Of a DNA stretch of 64,000 bases, positions 55,300 through 64,000 are shown one piece after another. The number at the start of each line of letters is the position of its first letter. Positions within the stretch are counted from its first letter, which is position 1. Source of the stretch: the human T2T-CHM13v2.0 reference genome, Homo sapiens; NCBI RefSeq assembly GCF_009914755.1, contig NC_060937.1. The stretch is one strand, 5' to 3'. The notes under the pieces are model-generated. The model worked only from the letters and a program-made list of their open reading frames with translations, made no database searches and had not been told where the DNA came from. The translations under genes and the position numbers were made by a program.

Positions 55300-55582
55300 A
55301 TTTTTTGTATCTATTTAGGGTGTCGTAGCGCAGGTTTCTTACATATATGTATTGTATAGTGGTGAAGTTTGGGCCTTTAGTGTAACCATCACCTGGGTAG
55401 TGAACATTGTACCCAATAGGTAGTTTTTAAACCTTCACCTCCTCTAGCCCTCCCACTTTTCATGGTCTCCAGTGTCAATTATTCCACTCTGGATGTCCAT
55501 GTGTACCCATTGGTCAGCTCTCACTTATAAGAGGGAACATGGGGTATTCGACTTTCAGTTACTGAGTTATTTCACTGAGGAT
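55300..55582 (-). mobile_element. L1PB-type 3' end
   Basis: GTGGTGAAGTTTGGGCCTTTAGTGTAACCATCACC..GTGAACATTGTACCCAATAGGTA..CACTTATAAGAGGGAACATG. Confidence 0.88.
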
Positions 55583-56469
55583 CACATTTTTAAAATAAAG
55601 AAAATCAAGTTCAGATGGGTTAAAATACTTAATAATTCCCTCTAAGTCTGTGGCATTCCATGCCAGATGTCTTAGGTGAAGGCTTAGTTTTAAAGTTATT
55701 CATATGTTGGAGCAGCTCCCTAGTCTAAGATAGTTTCCAGGACAGTCTAGAAATTGCCATTCTTTGTCACCTTGGAAACGTATCATAGTCCTTCTATGGT
55801 AGAAAAGTGGATGGCACGTAAATATTTAGGATACCATTGATATCAACTATAAACTATTTTCATATCATTATCAATATAAAAATGATTAAAATATTATAAT
55901 AGTAATAGTGACATGAACTACTTTTAAACTAACAATAAAATCATCTGCCATTTTGATAATATTGTCAATATAGTTCAGCTGGCTTATATGTATTTAAAAT
56001 TACTCTGTCATAAGACTTTATCTGCTTAATTAAGCTAATATGAAGCACTAGCACACACATTTATGCTTTATATATAGTTATACATAAATCTGTACAGTCA
56101 CAATACTGTAAATGTTTCACTACTCTGGGAATCAGACCTTTGAAGTAACATTGCAGGACATTAATAGTGTCCTAATTTCTAAATAAGGAAACTTTTGACA
56201 GCTCAAATGTTTCACGCTTGTCAATGAAAATAGAATTCTGAGGATCTTATGATCTATTTTCATTTAAAATATTTTTGAACATGAATTATGGGTCATTTGG
56301 GAATATACTGTTAAATAAGGAAAGCACAGTCTCTATCCTCTAAACATGAAAAGAATAAAGTAAATGATTACAATATAATATTTCTTAAGAAGGACTCTAG
56401 TATGTCATAATAGGAAATGATTCAAGTACAAATTAAATTACTTTATATGGAATTGTGATTTTAAATACA

Positions 56470-56794
56470 TTTTGTGTTTTTTTTGTTTGTTTGTTTTTGT
56501 TTTGTTTTTTGTGAGATAGGGTATGCTCTGTCACCCAGGCTGGAGTGCGGTGTCGCGATCTCTCCTCAGTGCAGCCTCCGCCTCCTGATTCAAGCGATTC
56601 TCCTGCCTCAGCCTCCTGAGTAGCTGGGATTACAGGCACACACCACCACGCCCAGCTAATGTTTTTGTATTTCTAGTAGAGACGGGGTTTCGCCATGTTG
56701 ACCTGGCTTGTCTCGAACTCCAGACGTCAGACAATCCGCCTGCCTCGACCTCCCAAAGTGTTGAGATTACAGGCATGAGCCATTGCGCCTGGCC
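56470..56794 (-). mobile_element. Full-length AluS
   Basis: (TTTG)n tail; antisense dimer ending GCGCCTGGCC. Confidence 0.95.
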
Positions 56795-56799
56795 CATTT

Positions 56800-57005
56800 T
56801 TAATCTACAGTTTTATGAGTTTTGACAAATATAAACATCCATGGGACCACCATCCCAAGCACTGTATTTCTATCACCCAAACAGTTTTCTCATGTACTTC
56901 CCAGTCTTCCCCCAAAACTTCTACCAGGCAACCATGGTTCTGATTTAAATCACAATCAACATATTTTGTCTGTTATAAAACTTTATATTATAGAATCATA
57001 CTTAT
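56800..57005 (-). mobile_element. Old L1 (L1MC/ME) 3' end fragment
   Basis: TACAGTTTTATGAGTTTTGACAAATATAAACATCCATG..CCAGGCAACCA..TTTTGTCTGTT. Confidence 0.7.
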
Positions 57006-59019
57006 ATCCTTTAGTTGTAATACCAAAATCCAGGAGTTTAAATTTTTGAATTAAAACACATAAGAGTACAGGTAAAAATATCAAGCTGGGTCTTACATTG
57101 ACGGATTCTATGATAGACAATACTAGTAAATTGGTCACTGGGTCTTGGAATAGTATTCATTATTCTACACCAACTTTTTTTTTCTCTTGTATGCTGCATT
57201 TTTATACTGTATTTTAAGACTGCATTTATGAATTTTACATACATAATATTCTCAGAGTTAAGATCATTCATTTTAATGCATCACCTTCTAATCAGAAATG
57301 TTTTTTTTTAAAATAACTGTTCTGTTTCTATCTTAAGAATTTTATAGATTTTGTAAATAACTAGGTTTCTCTTCTCATGTTCACTGATTAATGTCAAAAT
57401 TCTGGCCCAGTCATGACAAACGTATAGGATTTATGGTATCTGTTTTAATGATAGCCTCATTTCTAGCTTCATTGTATATATTTAACTTTTTAATTTTCTT
57501 TAGTTATTTTTTCAAAGTTATCCAGTTCTATATCACATATGTCAATATGAGCGAAATTCAATAAACTAATTAAATCATTTAAGGTAAAGATTTAAATAAT
57601 TTTTCAAGTTCGTGTAAACTTCTAATCATTTAATAATTAGTTTAGAGGAGTACCCACAATTATCTTTGCCTCAAAATTTATTTTTTTAATGTCTTTTAAT
57701 ATATGTATCTTGGCTTAGAACAATCTCCTTTAGAACACTGAGCTGACAGATGAGTATTGGAAATAAAGTGGATTTGAAGGATGCTGGATACATATGACCC
57801 TTTGTTGTTAGTGTTTATGTGCATTGTACTGCTAGAATCAAAGTCCAAATTCTACCAGCTGTTACAGCAACTCAGTCTTAGCCCATTACTTTAATTAATC
57901 TAACCTTATTTTCAATGCTTCCATCTTCCCGTAAATAGAAAGTCAAAGGAGAAGCCACAGAACCAGTGAACTTTCTGAGATTAATTACGAGGAAAAACTG
58001 TCCTCAACATTTCTTACATAATAAAACTGTTTGATCTATAACAATACCATGTGCATCCTCAAACATTTGAAATGAAAACTTGAAGCCATTAAAAATCTAC
58101 TCATAATAGAAATTATTACTAAGCTTAGCCAGCTGTCTTTTCATTCATAATAAATCGATAATTTACATCATACACATATGGCTTTTTAGTTATACAAATA
58201 TTGAAATATTAAAGTTGCAACTCCTATTCTCTGTTGAGAATAGAGATACTGGTAAGTTTTCACCATAAGGAAAAAACAAATGCCTAATATTCAAAATATA
58301 AATATTTTATACATGTCGCTTAATCACCTTAAAGACAAGAAGAAAGTGGCTGCGACAGTTGCATTAAGTACCACTTCAGAATGAACATTTTGCTTCATAA
58401 TGTGAATACAAATGCATATGTTTAAATGAAACATGTAAAAGACCAGAAAAACTAAGCTGACAATGTGCATTATTGCATTTGTGAGGATTATGCTTTTGGC
58501 CTTAATTTTTAAATCTCTAAACACAGAAATTTAAAACAGCTGAATTAAATTAGACTTGTGTTTAAAGATAAAAACAAGACTATTTTATATTTCCCAAAGA
58601 TTGTTTTTGACCCTTTAAGTAGGAAATGATTTTCTAAGCCTAAGTAAAATAAATCAAAGAAGTACTCTGTTATGCAAGTTTTTTAACTTCAGAGTTATGA
58701 CTTCTAAACTGCCATGCCCACCAAGGGCAGCTTCCAGGGAATTAAAATAAGGATAGGCTTGTGGCATGGCAAATATTTGACAAGGATGTCTTCCCATGCC
58801 TAGTCAACTCTATGAAATACTGGAAGGTGTCTCGCAGGCTTTCTGGACATTTTATTCCACTTGGTAGCTAAACTCAAAATTTTAATGTCGGATAGATATT
58901 GAAATCTGATTGTGCTATCAGTTTTACTAGCTCACTTAAGGCAAATCACTTCTTTTTGCTTTAATTTATTATGTTGGAAATGGGAATCTCTATATTGATA
59001 CTTATGAAATTGTGTTCTG

Positions 59020-59182
59020 TAGAGCTCTTAAATAAAAATCACCTGGATGTTGTTAAAAATGCAGATTCCTGAGTTCCACCACATCTCTACTATGTTAGAA
59101 TATTAGCTGTAGAATCCAAAGAGATTCTTTTTCATAAACTTTCCATGCAATATATATGCAACAAACATTGAGAGCGACTAAA
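59020..59182. mobile_element. MER5-like hAT-Charlie MITE
   Basis: AATCACCTGGATGTTGTTAAAAATGCAGATTCCTGAG..TTGAGAGCGACT. Confidence 0.75.
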
Positions 59183-60249
59183 CTAGGCTGATAATGTCAG
59201 ATGTTAGAACAAGAGAAATAGAGTCTAATAAGAATACTAGACCGCTTATTCCTTCCAGGAATAAAGAGGTGAATTCTCCCTTCTGGAACCTCATATTGTC
59301 ATGCGCAGGAGACAAAAGAGAGCTGAGGAGCTCCAGTGCTTCTGGAGGGACTTCTGTCTTTTTAGTCTCTATTCCCATCTCAAGGATCACCAGAAAAAAA
59401 AAAAAAAAAAGATTTGTGTATGCAGAAACAAGAATCCCATCTCTCTCACTCCCCAAAGGCACAGCCTCACCTACATGCCTGTCAATACTAACCTCATATG
59501 GTCTCTACTCTTGTTATATCCGTCAAAAGAGTTCCAGAACTTCCAGATCATATCACACCCCTAGGACTCTTTAATTCCATCAGTTCTATGATTAACGAGG
59601 CATCACCTCTACTCATTCTCACTATCTAATTTATTTTTCTTTAGAATAGTTATCAGTATCTGAAAAACAATATGTATTTTACTTCTTTATTTTTATCCTT
59701 ATTTCCTCCATCATAATTTATGCTCCAAGACAGGAGGAATAGTTTGTCAATAAGTACTTTATAAGTAAATAAACTAATTAAATATTTGTTCATATGTAAC
59801 ATTACCATTTATTTATCTATTCAGTTACAATAAATGTATGACAAATTCTATAACCCATTTGACTGTGAAGGTAACTTCTGTTCCTCAAGAATGGAGGGAG
59901 TACATTTTAGCTTTATAGAAGAAGAGGGAATTAATTTTTTTGTATTCCCCTCATATTGGAATGCCCTACTTCACCACCTCACATGCTCATTTTGTCAATC
60001 TGATTTCTCCGCCTTCAATTACCTCCTTTTCTGTGAAGTGGCCATGGTCTTTTTAGACCTCTTTGATAAAATTTTCTCAGCCATTCTTAATAAAAATCTT
60101 ATAATTAAAATTAAAAATAAGAATAACTTAATATAATGATCTAACAATAAATAGTGTTAATGTTTTATCATTATTTTAAAATCAGAAGCCTGTCACTGAA
60201 GTCCATTTATTGTTTTTTAAAACCCTCACATTTGTCCTTACCTTACATC

Positions 60250-60429
60250 TTTATTTTTTTTTTCTTTTTAGTATTTTTTTGAGATGAGGTCTTACTCTGT
60301 CACTCAGGCTGGAGTGTAGTGGCATGATCTCAGTTCGCTGCAACCTCTGCCTCCTGCATTCAAGCTACTGTCATGTCTTAGCCTCCCAAGTAGCTAGAAT
60401 TACATGCTCCTAAACACCACGCCCAGCTA
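60250..60429 (-). mobile_element. Alu right arm only (AluJ/FRAM-like)
   Basis: T-rich tail and antisense right monomer ending GCCCAGCTA. TSD TTACATCTT. Confidence 0.9.
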
Positions 60430-60479
60430 TATCTTTACATCTTCATTCCAACAATCAGTACCATTTCATTACCTTGTTA

Positions 60480-61050
60480 TAGCTAGACAGCAATGTTGTA
60501 AATAATTTTTAATTAGTGACCCATCAAGTAAGTCCATCTTCAGTCCTGGTTTATTTATTGCCAGAATGTTCTTTCAGAAATAAATATCTAATTATATCAC
60601 AAGCCTTCTTAAAATTCTTCTATGTTTTCATATCACCCATTGGATAAAATCCTTAATCATTTCCATTGACATAGAAGATCTCCATTACCTTGCCTTTAAA
60701 TATTACTGCAAATGATTGCTGTCATCTTTCCTAACCTTACCTTTTCCTTCACAAGACAAAACTATATATACATTCCCAAATATAGAGAAGTTTTTTTTTT
60801 CTTTTTTTGTTTTTATGCCTTGACACATGTTCTTCCCTCATTTTGAGAAGCTCTTCCACCCACTTAAGGACTTGGCAAAGGACTACTCAACTCTAACTCA
60901 ATTAGATTTTCTGTATGAAAATGTCTCTGATTTTCTAATTTTATTGTTCATTATCTCCTTGCGTCCCCACTATGCACTTTGCATGATCTTATCACTGGTA
61001 TTCTTTACACTGTTTTGAAATTATTTCTTTGTGTAAGGCAAGTCATTTAT
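60480..61050 (+). mobile_element. Degenerate L2 fragment
   Basis: TTGCCAGAATGTTCTTTCAGAAATAAATATCTAATTATATCAC..CTTAAAATTCTTC..GGATAAAATCC phrases. Confidence 0.6.
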
Positions 61051-62859
61051 GATTTATCTACTTTTAACTTGAAAAGAAAAGCTGAAACAGTCTTAGTTCC
61101 TATGATGTGGCTCCCCACAGCCCAAACCACTGAAAGTTGGATCAAAGATTAGCACTAAATAGATGATTGCCTGATCAATAGACTGGCAAAAAATAAAATA
61201 AAATTAAAACAGATAAACTTGGTGATTATATTTTATCTTTCAGAAATTTGAATTGGAAAATGTGGAGAGAATAAGGCAGTTTTAGCAGAGAATAAAGCTG
61301 CAAAGACCCATGGAAGGAAATCCTGATGTAGTTTATGACAAGAAAGGAAGAGACAGGTTCATAAACAATCATGGCATGCCAAATCTATAAGGAAGCAAAA
61401 TTTATGAGTAGACAGGATCTATATGACAAAATATCTAGACACAGCAGAAAGACAAAGTAAAATTATAGCAAAAGGGGAAAATGACAGAAATTTGGAAAGA
61501 ACATGAGTCACACTATAGTAGAGCATGTAATCATTAATGATTCGGTCCAAACTCCTACAGCTATGGCTTTCAGTACTGTTTTCGATTGTTAAAGAACTTA
61601 GGTTTCTGAATTTTCCTTTTGGTCTCTTCTAAAATGGTTTCTATCTGCTTATTACCTAATTATGCAATTTCTTTCCTTGGGTGCACAGTTACTCTTAAAT
61701 TCTTCATTACTAGAAGTAACTTGAGTGATTCTGATCCTTTTAACCACAAAAGCCTAACTAGAAAATCTTTTTCCACCATAGTGTGAATTTCACACAGGCT
61801 AGGAAACTCACATCTTTTCTCACCATATCTCTGATACATAGTAAGCACTTTTATTTCCTCCATTTCTTGATGCTATTATCATGTTCCAGTCTGTCCTAAA
61901 AATCATACTGCTTACTCTATAAGTTCTCACTTCGATGCAATCGGCAGAATTATATTTTAAAATCTCTCACAGTAATTACCATGATGGAGTGGGGATAGGG
62001 TAGCTGGCTGAGCTAAATTCTATCTGGAAAGGTTCAGAAGAGCAAACTGCTCAATCCACATAATGAACTAAGTATTCAGGGTGCATTTTATCTACAGCAG
62101 TCACAATGGGGAACACCAGAGACAGTATAAACAGCTGGTCATTGGGCCCAGAGAGCAATAAAAACCTAGAACACCTGTTGTGTTTATGAAATGACACAAT
62201 CCTTACCATGCCCTTTGCAAAACCTTCCCATTATTCCAAAGTGCCACCTTCAAGCCCTTAGCTGGTCCTATTCTGGATTACAATTTGTTCAAAGGACAAT
62301 CATTTTTGGATCCAAAGCCATAACCAACTCTATACAATTCAATATTCCTCATCACTTCTCAGATCTGGATGCTTCTCATTTTTGACTGTCACAGTACAAA
62401 AAGTCTCATTTGATGAGAGTGCCTATTTATCATCCAAAGATCTTCTCTCGGTACTTTAAGTGGTTCTCTATACCCTTCTCCACCCTAGAGTAAAGCTACA
62501 TTTAGTAAGATTTTTATACTTTATGGGTTATAAAGGTATCTTTAAAGTACCTTTGCTTGAGATCCTGATAGAGCTGGGGGAGAGAGAAATACAAAATTAA
62601 TTTCCTGGCAGAGTGTGCTAAAGCTGTAATGAAGAATGAATCAATGGATGATGACTGCATTAAAGACAAGTGGCCTGAGACCATGGTCTTATAACATTTT
62701 TAAACACGTAAAAAGAATGTGTGAAATAGGACTATTAACAATGATAAAACCAAATTATTTGGTGATCGCAGCAGAAACAATGAAGCCACTTTAATATTCT
62801 CAGGTGTAGGACCCACCGTCATTAAGCTGAGCACTCAAGTAGTCTGGCTTCACTTTTCC

Positions 62860-63160
<301 letters not shown>

Positions 63161-63403
63161 TTATATCAGGAAGAAGGCCCTTACGTACTCTTGCTAGGTA
63201 CGCATTTAACATATCAAGAAAATCTTCATGCATTTGGTCCTACCTCCACCTATACCATTTTTTCTGGAGTAATAATTTTAGATGTTTTAAAATGTTTATT
63301 TAGAATAGTTATTAGTAATACATTTTATTTTAAATGTATAGCATTTTATTAAAGAGTGAAAAAGATATATAATAAACATAGTTTTGAATTCGAAATGTCT
63401 TAA

Positions 63404-63722
<319 letters not shown>

Positions 63723-64000
63723 CGAGAAGAAGCTTTCTATTTAGAATAACTTGAAGGTCCTGGATAGAGTATATTCTTTGTATAGTATTTCTCTAATTCT
63801 AGGTAAAGAAAGAATAACCCAGTGTTATTTCTAATTTATAAGGAAATTTGGTCACTGCTTTACCTTCAAAGCCTAGCAAATTGCATGTAACATATTAGGT
63901 ATTTAAAAAAAACACACAAAATATTTGTTTAGTGAATGAGTGAATAATCATAAAACACATTTGAAGCTAAAGAGAAATTAAAAGTCCTAGAATCTAGATA

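Noticed and set aside
59178-59574. Three overlapping ORFs of 87-126 aa
   Set aside because: They cross a poly-A run (poly-K/poly-F) and have no recognisable domain; the sequence may be a degraded repeat fragment that I could not assign.

Overview
AT-rich primate genomic DNA, almost certainly human: it carries an AluYa5-lineage element at 62.9-63.1 kb. It reads as intergenic or deep-intronic sequence. I can recognise no intact protein-coding gene, RNA gene or CpG island. The ORF track consists of chance ORFs, Alu-derived ORFs and decayed ERV-L gag/pro/pol pieces. The window is a layered retroelement landscape: 13 Alus (most with readable target-site duplications, TSDs), two convergent MER41 solo LTRs, a truncated MLT2/ERV-L provirus (9.05-12.9 kb), an LTR1/LTR27/LTR28-type solo LTR, an MLT1 LTR with internal sequence, LTR16- and LTR41-like LTRs, old L1/L2/MIR fragments, DNA-transposon relics and microsatellites. 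The most notable signals are two local ~130-145 bp duplications, several nested-hairpin scars resembling templated insertions, rare or young Alu variants, a close inverted Alu pair, a STAT-motif cluster near the MER41 LTRs, and isolated exon-like segments on both strands. I found no evidence of a new biological system. Repeat subfamily names come from recalled consensus sequences, not from a search.
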